From NCBI GenBank assembly GCA_032249095.1, contig JAVVGN010000027.1, positions 1 to 22,029 of the forward strand: DNA of 22,029 nt. Direction: 5' to 3'. A program made the position numbers and the translations under genes. A model generated the notes under the pieces. That model had not been told where the DNA came from. It was given only the letters and a program-made list of their open reading frames with translations, and did no database searches. Shown in pieces: positions 13,817-22,029 of this stretch (its first letter is position 1; the number at the start of each line of letters is the position of its first letter). The stretch comes from Candidatus Caldarchaeales archaeon. Lineage in GTDB: Archaea > Thermoproteota > Nitrososphaeria_A > Caldarchaeales > Calditenuaceae.

Positions 13817-14991
13817 GCCCGACCTCCATATCCAAGATAGAGGCTACGGGTCCTAACGCCGCCCGTCTTCACCTCACCCGCAAGCTTCTCCAAAAGGCTC
13901 CTCACCATCCCGACTGTTGGCTCTCTGCCGCCGAGCCCATAGACCGCGCTTACCAGCGGAACCCTCACCCCCTCGTCGTAGAGGAGGCTCTTGATGTTTG
14001 AGGCGATAGGGGGCGAAGGCATGCCCGGCGAGACCGCCCTGTCCATGACGACGACCGCCTCGGCGCGCGGCAATATCTCTACGAGTTCGTCTCTGGGGAA
14101 TGGACAGAAGACCCTGAGAGAAACGAGGGCATAGCCACGCCATCCCAAACTTCTCAAAACGTGCCTAACAGTCCCCATCGTGCCACCCATTCCGACCACT
14201 ACCAACCCGTCAGTCTCGCCGTCAACGGTCACTTTCTTGAGCGCCCCCGAAGGCTCTGGGTAACTCTTGGAGACCTCGCCGATCGTTCGGCTGGCCTCCT
14301 CAAGCGCCTGCACCTGTTCAACCTTAAACTCGTAGTAGTGCGTCGGCAACGCGAAGATGCCGAAGGACATGGGGTTGTCATAGTCAAGCACGGGTCTCTC
14401 CCTGCGTGGAAGATAATCCTGAACGGTCTCGCTTGGGAGGATCTCAACCGGCTCGCTACTATGAGAGACTGTGAAGCCGTCGAGATTTACCGCAACTGGG
14501 AGGAGGACGTTAGGGCTCTCCGCGAGCCTGAAGGCCTGTATGGTATAGTGGTATGCCTCCTGTGGATTCTCGCAGAACAGCTGTATCCAGCCAGAGTCCC
14601 TAGATCCCATCATATCAGAGTGGTCCCCATGGATGTTGAGGGGCGCCGATAACGCCCTGTTAACGACCGCCATGACGATGGGGCACCTCATCCCCGCGGC
14701 TATGTAGAGGACCTCGTGCATGAGGGCGAGGCCCTGGCTTGAGGTGGATGTAAAAACGCGCGCGCCACAGAGGGAGGCACCTATGCAGGCGCTTAGGGCC
14801 GAGTGCTCCGACTCGACTGGAACGAAGGCCGCGTTGAGCTCCCCTGACTCCACAAACTCGCTAAGCCTCTCCACTATGATTGTCTGAGGCGTAATAGGGT
14901 AGGCGGAGATAAAGTCGACGTCAGCCTGCTTCACTGCATAAGCGACGGCGTCATTTCCAGTCATGAGTCGGAGCTGTTTGAGGCTACTCAT
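13813..14991 (-). CDS. porA: 2-oxoacid:ferredoxin oxidoreductase, alpha subunit
   Basis: 392 aa. Has GNDAVAYAVKQADVDFISAYPITPQT and ESEHSALSACIGASLCGARVFTSTSSQGL, typical of POR/VOR alpha subunits. Confidence 0.9.
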   Translation of the reverse strand: MSSLKQLRLMTGNDAVAYAVKQADVDFISAYPITPQTIIVERLSEFVESGELNAAFVPVESEHSALSACIGASLCGARVFTSTSSQGLALMHEVLYIAAGMRCPIVMAVVNRALSAPLNIHGDHSDMMGSRDSGWIQLFCENPQEAYHYTIQAFRLAESPNVLLPVAVNLDGFTVSHSSEPVEILPSETVQDYLPRRERPVLDYDNPMSFGIFALPTHYYEFKVEQVQALEEASRTIGEVSKSYPEPSGALKKVTVDGETDGLVVVGMGGTMGTVRHVLRSLGWRGYALVSLRVFCPFPRDELVEILPRAEAVVVMDRAVSPGMPSPPIASNIKSLLYDEGVRVPLVSAVYGLGGREPTVGMVRSLLEKLAGEVKTGGVRTRSLYLGYGGRA

Positions 14992-15250
14992 GCTCCAACA
15001 CCATCCGGATAGCCTTCCGGGGACATTCCTCGGCGCATATCCCGCAGCCCTTACAATGCATGTAATCTATCTCAACCTGCCCAAGAGAGTTCCTGAAGAT
15101 CGCGGGTTCGGGGCAGAATATCCAGCATATTAGGCAGTTGGTACACTTTTCCCGCTCGATGACCGGTCGAAGGGTGCGCCAGCTCGTCATATCCCTGCTA
15201 GCCGTGTTGCCGGGCTCGGAAACCAGGGGTATGAGGATACTAGGTTGCAT
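14984..15250 (-). CDS. porD: 2-oxoacid:ferredoxin oxidoreductase, delta subunit (2x[4Fe-4S] ferredoxin-like)
   Basis: 88 aa with two cluster motifs, CTNCLICWIFCP and CKGCGICAEECP. Confidence 0.9.
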   Translation of the reverse strand: MQPSILIPLVSEPGNTASRDMTSWRTLRPVIEREKCTNCLICWIFCPEPAIFRNSLGQVEIDYMHCKGCGICAEECPRKAIRMVLEHE

Positions 15251-15785
15251 GTTTCACCATCACCACCCTGCGAGATGCGAGGCGGACAACATCCGCGTCC
15301 TTCTCGCCGAACCTCGCAGCTACAATCCGGGCTATGGTTTCAAGCGGTACGATCTGTGTGACCGCACAGGAGGCGCCAAGCATCGCAAGGTTTAGGCTTC
15401 TCGGCCTACCAAGCTCCTCAACAATACCCGCGGCGTCAACGTAGTAGATATTAAGGTTACCACCATCGAGCTCAGGGGGTGAAGATGAACCTACCACCAG
15501 CGTCCCACCTCCCCTGACCTGTCCAGCTATCCCTGTCCTAAGGAGTCTGGCCTCGAAGACTATGGCGTGGTCGGCCTGATCCATCGGAGCCCTAAGCGTT
15601 AAAGGCTGATCAGAGATCCTTACATAAGTCCTCACGGGTGCCCCAGACCTCTCCGGACCAAACTCGGGGAAGCTCTGCGCGTAGTACCCCGTGTCGAGCG
15701 CAGCCTCCGCCAGTATCCTCCCAGCTGTTACAACCCCCTGCCCGCCACGGCCCAGCAAAATTACCTCAAACAATTTTCCCCCCAA
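15240..15785 (-). CDS. porG: 2-oxoacid:ferredoxin oxidoreductase, gamma subunit
   Basis: 181 aa. Has the N-terminal GRGGQGVVTAGRILAEAA and FPEFGPERSGAP. TTG start, with TTTATTA (reverse complement of about 15810-15816) about 25-30 nt upstream. Confidence 0.9.
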   Translation of the reverse strand: MGGKLFEVILLGRGGQGVVTAGRILAEAALDTGYYAQSFPEFGPERSGAPVRTYVRISDQPLTLRAPMDQADHAIVFEARLLRTGIAGQVRGGGTLVVGSSSPPELDGGNLNIYYVDAAGIVEELGRPRSLNLAMLGASCAVTQIVPLETIARIVAARFGEKDADVVRLASRRVVMVKHAT

Positions 15786-16028
15786 GAGGCCATAGCAGCA
15801 AGCCCTCTAATAAAGTAATCAACTAAATGAATGACTAAAGGGCTTGCCAGTCATACATTATACAAAATAGCGCAAATTTATGAAACAGCTATAAAGAGTC
15901 CATTGAATGCTGACGGACAACCGGCTCCTCTACAATAGGGGGTTGACATCGCATTCACGGTCCGACTCAACGGGGAGGCGTGTTCCTCGCAGAAGAACAC
16001 GCTGTGGAGTTGCTTAGCAATCTTCAAG

Positions 16029-16038
16029 CTATATAAGT
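16029..16038 (+). promoter_or_regulatory. TATA box (CTATATAAGT) of the aIF2-gamma gene
   Basis: It is centred about 28 nt upstream of ATG 16062, indicating a leaderless transcript. Confidence 0.55.
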
Positions 16039-16061
16039 GCGCGGGTGAGACATGTGTTCGG

Positions 16062-17306
16062 ATGAGCGTCGAACTCCCGAAGCAGCCCGAGGTGAATATC
16101 GGCACGCTGGGGCATGTCGACAATGGCAAGAGCACACTGGTGCAGGCTATCAGCGGTGTATGGACTGCGAGGCACAGCGAGGAGATCAAGCGCGGAATCA
16201 CCATCAGGATTGGCTATGCCGATGCAGCCCAGTACAGGTGCGGGCTCTGTGAGGAGCCATATAACTACTATTCAGTACCCATCTGCCCAGTACATAGGAA
16301 AGAGTGCGAATTCATAAGGGTAATATCGTTCATCGACTGCCCTGGCCATCACTCACTCATGATTACCATGCTTAGCGGCGCTGCGCTCTTTGACGGCGCC
16401 ATACTCGTAGCAGACGCTAGAGTGAAGTTTCCCCAAGCTCAGGATAGGGAGCACCTCGAGGCAGCGGTCATTATGGGGGTCAAGAGGCTAGTCGTCGCGC
16501 AGAACAAGATAGATGTCGTCGATAAGTCGAGGGCAGTGGAGAATTATAGAGAAATAAAGGACTACTTGAGTAGTCTAGGACTTGGGGCCATCCCGATAGT
16601 CCCGCTATCCGCCCAGCAGGGGGTCGGAATAGAGGCGCTGGAGTACGCCATACACAAGTATCTACCTACCCCCCCAAGGGAGCTTGATAAGCCTTTTCTC
16701 ATGCCGGTACTTAGATCCTTCAACACAAACCTCCCAGGAACCAACGCGCTGATGATGCGAGGAGGAGTAATTGGTGGCTCGATCATTCAGGGGAAGATCC
16801 GGGTGGGCGATGAGATAGAGCTGGCGCCAGGGCTACCCGTGAAGGAGGATGACCCCCGGTCCGGATACGAGCCGCTCTACACCGAGGCAATAAGCATTAG
16901 AGCCGGGGGCCGAAGCGTCGAGGAGGCTTCGAGCGGCGGCCTAATCGGGGTTGAGACAACACTCGATCCGGCCCTAACGAAGTCCGACTCCCTAGTTGGA
17001 AACATGTGCGGGAAGCCTGGCACCCTTCCCCCGACTTGGAAAAGCCTCGAGATAGAGTATACACTGTTCAAGAAAGTTGTAGGCGTTGAGGGCGACATGG
17101 ATGTTCGACAGATATCTGAGAAGGAGCCCGTCGTGATAAACTGTTTCACCGCCGTCACGAGCGCGGTAGTCGTCAGGCGTCAATCCGACAGGCTCAGCTT
17201 AGCCCTCTCTAAGCCCATATGCGCATGGCCCGGCTCCAAGGTGACGCTCTCGAGGAGGATCGGGACGGGTTGGCGACTAATAGGCTACGGGGACATAATA
17301 GGTTAG
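16062..17306 (+). CDS. eif2g: translation initiation factor aIF2 gamma subunit
   Basis: 414 aa. Has the G1 motif GHVDNGKST, a zinc knuckle insert (CGLC ... CPVHRKEC), DCPGHH, and NKID as G4. Confidence 0.95.
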   Translation: MSVELPKQPEVNIGTLGHVDNGKSTLVQAISGVWTARHSEEIKRGITIRIGYADAAQYRCGLCEEPYNYYSVPICPVHRKECEFIRVISFIDCPGHHSLMITMLSGAALFDGAILVADARVKFPQAQDREHLEAAVIMGVKRLVVAQNKIDVVDKSRAVENYREIKDYLSSLGLGAIPIVPLSAQQGVGIEALEYAIHKYLPTPPRELDKPFLMPVLRSFNTNLPGTNALMMRGGVIGGSIIQGKIRVGDEIELAPGLPVKEDDPRSGYEPLYTEAISIRAGGRSVEEASSGGLIGVETTLDPALTKSDSLVGNMCGKPGTLPPTWKSLEIEYTLFKKVVGVEGDMDVRQISEKEPVVINCFTAVTSAVVVRRQSDRLSLALSKPICAWPGSKVTLSRRIGTGWRLIGYGDIIG

Positions 17307-17312
17307 CGTGCT

Positions 17313-17690
17313 TTGGAGGTACTCCTCGATACAAGCTTCCTCCTCCTCATCTTCGAGAGTGGGAGAAACCTAATCGCCCTAATAGAGGATAGGCTTGGAG
17401 AATCTGTATCGCCGATAGTGATTGAGCAGGTGGTTCAGGAGCTTAAGAGGCTTTCCAGGAGACAGGACAACACTGGTCGCCTCGCCGACATAGCCCTAAA
17501 GTATGCACAGGGGTTCCCCATAATAAGGGCCGGTGAATGGGATGAGGCGGACGAAGCCTTGATCAGGGTTGCAAAGGAGCGTCGAGTACCACTGGTTACC
17601 GCTGACTGGAGGCTCATGCGCGAGGCCAGGTCTCGGGGATGCGGCTGCATATATGTCAATAGGCGTCTCGAGATACGTGTGATGGTCTGA
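17313..17690 (+). CDS. PIN-domain protein (the conserved PIN gene downstream of aIF2-gamma)
   Basis: 125 aa. Has the N-terminal LLDTSFLL (first acidic residue) and the C-terminal VTADWRL. Its position between eif2g and rpo7 matches the conserved archaeal arrangement. TTG start. Confidence 0.8.
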   Translation: MEVLLDTSFLLLIFESGRNLIALIEDRLGESVSPIVIEQVVQELKRLSRRQDNTGRLADIALKYAQGFPIIRAGEWDEADEALIRVAKERRVPLVTADWRLMREARSRGCGCIYVNRRLEIRVMV

Positions 17691-17781
17691 ACAGCACATG
17701 GTCCCAGGAGGCGCTAGTAGTTCGGGCCCCTTATGTCAAATTTATTACCTCCTTCATACACGTCATCTAAGCACCTGATGC

Positions 17782-18351
17782 ATGTTTTACGTGGTAGAGA
17801 TAGAGGATGTTATTGGTGTTGAGCCCCGCGAGTTTGGGCGTAATCTTAGGGAGATCGCCTTCGAAAAGCTCTCAAGCATATATGAGGGGAGCGTAGACGA
17901 GGAGCTAGGCTACATCATAGCTGTCCTAGACGTCAGTGTCGATGAAATTGGCTTCATGATTTCACGGGACCCCAACCTCTACCACACGGCCCGCGCCTCC
18001 CTCCTCACCTATTATCCAAGGCTCCAGGAGGTTGTGGAGGGCGAGGTGGTGGAGCTTACCGAGTTCGGCGCCTTTATCCGTCTGGGGCCGCTCGACGCGC
18101 TGCTCCACATATCCCAGATCATGGATGACTATGTCTCGGTAGATAAGAAGAAGTTGATGCTCACAGGCTCTAACACTGGCTGGACACTCTCTGTCGGCGA
18201 CAAAGTTAGGGCTAGGGTAGTCGCAATCTCCCTCTCGGGAGGCAAAGTAGGCTTGACCACTCGCCAGCCATTCTTGGGGAGCCTGGCGTGGATTGAGGCT
18301 CAGAAGAGTAGGGCCGCGCCTCCCAAGGCTAAGAAGGTAGCGGAGGGCTGA
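17782..18351 (+). CDS. rpoE: RNA polymerase subunit Rpo7 (RpoE')
   Basis: 189 aa. An N-terminal Rpb7-like fold is followed by an S1 domain (GEVVELTEFGAFIRLGPLDALLHISQ). TTTATTA lies about 35-40 nt upstream. Confidence 0.9.
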   Translation: MFYVVEIEDVIGVEPREFGRNLREIAFEKLSSIYEGSVDEELGYIIAVLDVSVDEIGFMISRDPNLYHTARASLLTYYPRLQEVVEGEVVELTEFGAFIRLGPLDALLHISQIMDDYVSVDKKKLMLTGSNTGWTLSVGDKVRARVVAISLSGGKVGLTTRQPFLGSLAWIEAQKSRAAPPKAKKVAEG

Positions 18352-18355
18352 TACC

Positions 18356-18544
18356 GTGCCAAGGGAGAGGGCCTGCAGGAATTGCAGAAGCCTCGTGGCC
18401 GGCAACAAGTGTGATAACTGTGGATCGACAAACCTAACGTCATCATACTCGGGCCTGCTCATCCTAATCTCCCCCGGCAACTCAGAGATAGCCAAGCTCC
18501 TCGGGATTGAGAGGCCGGGGCGTTACGCCCTGAAAATTGAGTGA
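18356..18544 (+). CDS. spt4: transcription elongation factor Spt4 (RpoE'')
   Basis: 62 aa. Has the zinc ribbon CRNC ... CDNCGS followed by the NGN-binding segment. GTG start 4 nt after the rpo7 stop. Confidence 0.85.
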   Translation: MPRERACRNCRSLVAGNKCDNCGSTNLTSSYSGLLILISPGNSEIAKLLGIERPGRYALKIE

Positions 18545-19061
18545 CGAGATCGTTGTCACGGAGAGCATAAGGCAGAGGGTTAGAAGACCGCTGGGTAGGC
18601 TTATCAAGGGCTCTCCAGCCGAAACTAGGCAGCCCTTAGCTAGCCTCGTCTCTCAGGGCGGCTGGACAAAGGTGATCTCCGTGGGGGACGGCGTGACAAG
18701 AGAGCTCATCGCCCTCGGGATCACGCCCGACGTTGCGATAGTGGATGGCAACATAGAGAGAAAACCCATCGAGCGAATCGTGTTGCAGGGGGCGCGGGAG
18801 CTCGTCTGCCCGAATAGGCCTGGGACTATTAACAGGGCGGCCTACAAGACCGTTGAGCGCGCCCTCAAGATGAGGGGGCCCGTCATAGTTAGGGTCGAGG
18901 GTGAGGAGGACCTCCTCGGACTCGTCGTGATGGCTGAGGCTCCACTAGGCAGCCTAATGCTCTATGGCCAGCCAGGAGAAGGGGTGGTCGCTGTACTGAT
19001 CGATGAGGAGGCCAATAAGCTGGGCCGAAGCCTCATCGCTGCCTCTTCTCAGCCTCGATGA
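18537..19061 (+). CDS. DUF359/COG1909 protein (family of archaeal GTP-dependent dephospho-CoA kinase)
   Basis: 174 aa. Has [24 protein letters not shown] and [32 protein letters not shown]. It sits in the conserved position after spt4. Confidence 0.8.
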   Translation: MSDEIVVTESIRQRVRRPLGRLIKGSPAETRQPLASLVSQGGWTKVISVGDGVTRELIALGITPDVAIVDGNIERKPIERIVLQGARELVCPNRPGTINRAAYKTVERALKMRGPVIVRVEGEEDLLGLVVMAEAPLGSLMLYGQPGEGVVAVLIDEEANKLGRSLIAASSQPR

Positions 19062-19221
19062 AGCTGGTGTAGCCGCACCTGCCACATGTATACCTGTCGG
19101 CGTGTCTAGCCATAATGTAGCCGGTTCCACATATTGGGCAGAAACTAGCCAGCCTCTCCAGCTTGCCGTCGGGAGAGACCCTGTAGAGCCTCCAAAGACC
19201 AGCTTTCTCCTCTTTCGGCAT
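19033..19221 (-). CDS. rps27ae: ribosomal protein S27ae (eS31)
   Basis: Has the zinc ribbon [26 protein letters not shown] prefer ATG 19221 (MPKEEK...) over the track GTG 19242, because CTTATATTTT (reverse complement of 19246-19255) is centred about 30 nt upstream of it. It overlaps the DUF359 3' end by 29 nt (convergent). Confidence 0.85.
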   Translation of the reverse strand: MPKEEKAGLWRLYRVSPDGKLERLASFCPICGTGYIMARHADRYTCGRCGYTSFIEAEKRQR

Positions 19222-19326
19222 ACTCACGAGGCGATGGCCCACGTCAAAATATAAGTTATACGCACGGGCCCCAAAGGCCGCGCCAGACGCTATAGGTGCA
19301 GCTGGGTAGGTGACATAGATAAGGAA

Positions 19327-20136
19327 GTGTTGAACGCTTGGGCGTGGCTAGGTGGTCAGTCTGTGCTCTCCTGGCTTTCACTGACTATGCTTGGCCTGTC
19401 CGTAGGCTTTTTGGGCACGGTTATGGGGGTAGGCGGTGGATTCATCGTCGGCCCAGTCCTTCTATCCTTTTACGCCCTTAGACCAGGAGAGGTGGCTGGG
19501 ACCAGCCTAGTCGTGGTATTCCTCAACGCCCTCTCAGGAACAATAGCATACTACAGGCAGGGCCGAATAGTTTTCAGGACCGGGACTGCTATGAGCGTCT
19601 TCACGGTCCCGGGCTCCGTCCTCGGCGCAATCTTGACCGGCTACATCGATAGGGGGCCCTTCACGGTCCTCTTTGCGGTCATGCTAATAGTGGCGGCCCT
19701 CAGAATGATAGAGAGGGGCAGAGAAGGTTCAGACGCCACTAAAGGCCAGAAGACAGCGTCGTTAAGAGGCCCCCGCGAATGGCTGCTAGTCGGCTTCCTC
19801 GCCTTCCTCTCAGGCATCATAAGCGGGTTTTTCGGGGTGGGCGGAGGAATCGTACATGTCCCCCTCATGATATTACTTTTAGGCTTCCCCGTACACTTCG
19901 CGACAGCAACCTCCCACTTTATACTCACCATCACCTCCATCATCGGCGTATCCTCCCACGCGTTCCTCGGCAATGTTAATGCGTGGCTCGCCCTACCGGT
20001 CGGGCTGGGCGCTCTAGCTGGGGCGCAGCTCGGCGCCCGCACATCGCTGAAGCTGAGCGGGAGGGCCCTCGAGATAGTATTCGCGGCCTTCCTCCTGGCT
20101 ATGTCTGCGAACCTTCTGTACCAGGCCCTAGGCTAG
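19327..20136 (+). CDS. TauE/SafE (DUF81) family anion permease
   Basis: 269 aa and polytopic. It has two internal repeats, each beginning with a glycine-rich helix ([10 protein letters not shown] and [10 protein letters not shown]). Confidence 0.85.
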   Translation: MLNAWAWLGGQSVLSWLSLTMLGLSVGFLGTVMGVGGGFIVGPVLLSFYALRPGEVAGTSLVVVFLNALSGTIAYYRQGRIVFRTGTAMSVFTVPGSVLGAILTGYIDRGPFTVLFAVMLIVAALRMIERGREGSDATKGQKTASLRGPREWLLVGFLAFLSGIISGFFGVGGGIVHVPLMILLLGFPVHFATATSHFILTITSIIGVSSHAFLGNVNAWLALPVGLGALAGAQLGARTSLKLSGRALEIVFAAFLLAMSANLLYQALG

Positions 20137-21359
20137 GAGATGAACTCCTTGCCGAGCGTCTCTCTCGCTATGATGAGCTTCATCATGTTCTCCGTCCCCT
20201 CCGCCCCAACCACGTAGCTGAAGGCTCCGAGCCAGGCCCGAAAGATAGGGAGCTCCTTATAGTAGGATGCCCCGCCATACCACTTCATAACATCCTCACC
20301 TATATCGACGGCGAGTGATGCGCACTTTAGCTTAGACATCGCGCCATAAAGCGCAACATCCCGGAGGGTCGTGCCAGGCCGTTTCTCTCTGTAGTACCTA
20401 TCCGCGACCCAGGCCGCCTTGTAGCAGAGCAGCCTCGCGGCCTCAAGCTCCTTCAGGTGCTCCGCAAGCCTGAAGCTTATGGACTGGTAAGAGGCTATGG
20501 GCCTGCCGAAGACAATCCTCTGCTTTATCCACTCGATCCCCCTCTCTATAAGCCAACGAGCGCAGCCGATGGTCACGGCGCCTATTAAGCTTCGTGCTAG
20601 ATTGAACCCCTCCATCGCTATTTTGAAGCCTTTGTTGGTCTCGCCGATCCTATACCTGTCCTCCAACACGAAGTCGCTGAACGTTACTACGGAAGTGTCG
20701 AGTCCCCGTCTGGCGAACTCTGTCCACGGCTTGTATGAGATACCGGGCAAAAGCACACCACCCCTCTTCATCAAGGCGAGGAAAGTGGTTATGCTGTTGT
20801 GTCTCTCCTCGACAGGCCCGGTCCTTGCGATGAGGACCCATCCTCCCCCCCAAGGCATCTCCTTAATTATGGAGGGGAGGGAGACCATCGACTTCTCTCC
20901 GCTCACGATCCAGCGGTCATCCCCTGTCCTCGTAGCTCTCAACCTGATCCCAGCCACGTCGCTACCTCCATGCGCCTCGGTGCTTGCTATACCCACCAGC
21001 GCCTCACCCGAAGTCACTCGTGGTAAAACCTCGGCCGCCGCGTCTCTCGAGCCGTAGAGCTGTACGATGTAGGCCCAGGAGTTCTGTAGAAGGTTCAGCA
21101 CTGCCAGTGAAAGGGCCGGCGCGTGGTAGGCTATCTCTTCAGAGGCGATTGCGGCCTCGACGAATCCGCCCCCCTGACCCCCATACTCCTCATCCAGTAC
21201 AAGCCCGATGAGGCCCTGCGAGGCCATCCTCCGAACCAGCTCAGGATCTATGCGGCCACTCTCATCGATCTCGATCCAGCGAGGCTCAATCCACCTTTTA
21301 CAGAACTCGGCTACGTTCTCACGGAAGATGCGCTGCTCCTCTGTGAACTCGAAATTCAT
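20133..21359 (-). CDS. acyl-CoA dehydrogenase family protein
   Basis: Has the N-terminal FTEEQRIFRENVAEF, the mid-domain TEAHGGSDVAG, and a C-terminal helical domain ending IARETLGKEF. ATG 21359 (MNFEF) fits the TATA-like AATATAG (reverse complement of about 21383-21389) better than the track start at 21365. Confidence 0.9.
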   Translation of the reverse strand: MNFEFTEEQRIFRENVAEFCKRWIEPRWIEIDESGRIDPELVRRMASQGLIGLVLDEEYGGQGGGFVEAAIASEEIAYHAPALSLAVLNLLQNSWAYIVQLYGSRDAAAEVLPRVTSGEALVGIASTEAHGGSDVAGIRLRATRTGDDRWIVSGEKSMVSLPSIIKEMPWGGGWVLIARTGPVEERHNSITTFLALMKRGGVLLPGISYKPWTEFARRGLDTSVVTFSDFVLEDRYRIGETNKGFKIAMEGFNLARSLIGAVTIGCARWLIERGIEWIKQRIVFGRPIASYQSISFRLAEHLKELEAARLLCYKAAWVADRYYREKRPGTTLRDVALYGAMSKLKCASLAVDIGEDVMKWYGGASYYKELPIFRAWLGAFSYVVGAEGTENMMKLIIARETLGKEFIS

Positions 21360-21360
21360 A

Positions 21361-21420
21361 ACCAATACCCCACGGAGCCACTATATTGGTGTTGATCTAG
21401 CGCCGTGGGGGTTGGTTGGG
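21361..21420. promoter_or_regulatory. array of ACCAAT/ATTGGT half-sites forming nested inverted repeats over the acyl-CoA dehydrogenase promoter
   Basis: ACCAATACCCCACGG (21361-21375) pairs with CCGTGGGGGTTGGT (21403-21416), 13 bp with one bulge. The inner near-palindrome CCACTATATTGG (21379-21390) carries the TATA element. Confidence 0.35.
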
Positions 21421-21648
21421 GCGTGGAAAAATAGGGGGCTGGAGGAAGATCTCTCTCGGCGAGAAGCTAGGCAGAGGCTACTGCTGCCGCGTCGTCTCGA
21501 GCCACGGCAACGATTCTTCTCTTAGCCCTGGTCTTGTCCCTCACCGCACTTTGATAGTTGTGGCAGCACATCGTGCTACCTGACCTTTTGAAGAGTAGAT
21601 AAGTGTAGCGGCTCTACAACTGATACTGACAAGTTTTACTTAAGCCTT

Positions 21649-22026
21649 TTGGGATGGTCTCTGGCCATGATGCACGTCATTGATGCGGTACTGGGCTCGT
21701 TAGCCAGTCTCTTTCGGTTCCATAGGTACTCTCCCGTCGAGAAGCTCTATTCTGTCGTCCTATTCATAGCGGGCCTTAGCTTGAGGGATCTCTCCGAGAG
21801 GCTCTCTCTTACAGGTGCGTCTAGGGAATCGGTCAGGATATGGGTTCACAGGTTCTCCTCTATCTTCAGGCCATCCAGAAGGGTTAGGAGGCTTGTCGCT
21901 GTAGATGAGACAGTCCTGAAGGTGAGTGGTCAGACCTGTTATCTATGGGCCGCAATAGATGTGGATACTAACGAGGTATTGGCTGTATACGCGTCGAGGG
22001 TATTCCAAGCGCAATCAAGTTCCTAA
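21649..22026 (+). CDS. IS6-family-like DDE transposase, N-terminal part, apparently frameshifted near 21997-22001
   Basis: Has an HTH-like segment (LSLRDLSERLSLTGASRESVRIWVHRF) and the first DDE Asp context LVAVDETVLKVSGQTCYLWAAIDVDTNEVLAVYASR. The frame stops at TAA 22024-22026, but the -1 frame continues as GIPSAIKFLR, the expected next conserved segment. The likely true start is ATG 21667. Confidence 0.55.
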   Translation: MGWSLAMMHVIDAVLGSLASLFRFHRYSPVEKLYSVVLFIAGLSLRDLSERLSLTGASRESVRIWVHRFSSIFRPSRRVRRLVAVDETVLKVSGQTCYLWAAIDVDTNEVLAVYASRVFQAQSSS

Positions 22027-22029
22027 GGA

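Noticed and set aside
15978-16002. Palindrome GCGTGTTC-N9-GAACACGC in the divergent gap between porG and eif2g, plus a TATAAAG at 15881-15887. Considered as a small ncRNA (C/D or H/ACA) or an operator.
   Set aside because: An 8-bp stem is within chance expectation. I found no proper C (RUGAUGA)/D (CUGA) box pairing at sRNA spacing and no ACA box after the hairpin. It remains possible as a minor regulatory site, but I cannot support it.
1-22029. IS fragments at both window edges forming a composite transposon around the whole window.
   Set aside because: The two transposases belong to different families (IS5-like versus IS6-like). The 21 kb between them is core housekeeping, including proteasome, aIF2-gamma and RNAP subunits.

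Overview
High-GC (about 60-70% in coding flanks) archaeal chromosomal window, crenarchaeote-like by gene content and by TATA boxes about 25-30 nt upstream of many start codons (leaderless architecture). Most of it is ordinary housekeeping. In order: guaB-purA-truD, a rhomboid protease, a membrane-tethered single-HKD PLD/Nuc-type nuclease, a type IA topoisomerase, RNase HI, MoaA and proteasome alpha. Then tRNA-Thr(UGU), a macro-domain protein and a four-subunit 2-oxoacid:ferredoxin oxidoreductase operon (gamma-delta-alpha-beta). Then the conserved archaeal cluster aIF2gamma-PIN-Rpo7-Spt4-DUF359-S27ae, a TauE-family permease and an acyl-CoA dehydrogenase. Both window edges fall inside IS transposase genes of different families. 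I see no CRISPR array, cas genes or recognisable multi-gene defence system. Two low-GC islands are the non-ordinary parts. (i) 4346-5888 holds an orphan basic ORF and a 242-aa IS110/IS1111-family recombinase homolog. That homolog has a decayed N-terminal catalytic region and substituted catalytic positions. It is flanked by long, strand-skewed non-coding segments and a triplicated motif CCGGTG-N0-3-GGGGTT, which gives a speculative link to IS110 bridge-RNA-type guide/target logic. (ii) 11603-12210 holds an untracked 44-aa Rpo10/RpoN-like ORF with its own leaderless promoter that ends in TGA exactly at the conserved second Cys of the CC zinc ligand pair. Next to it is a once-frameshifted single-domain LAGLIDADG-like endonuclease relic beside the tRNA. 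All homology statements come from motif recognition by eye, not from searches.
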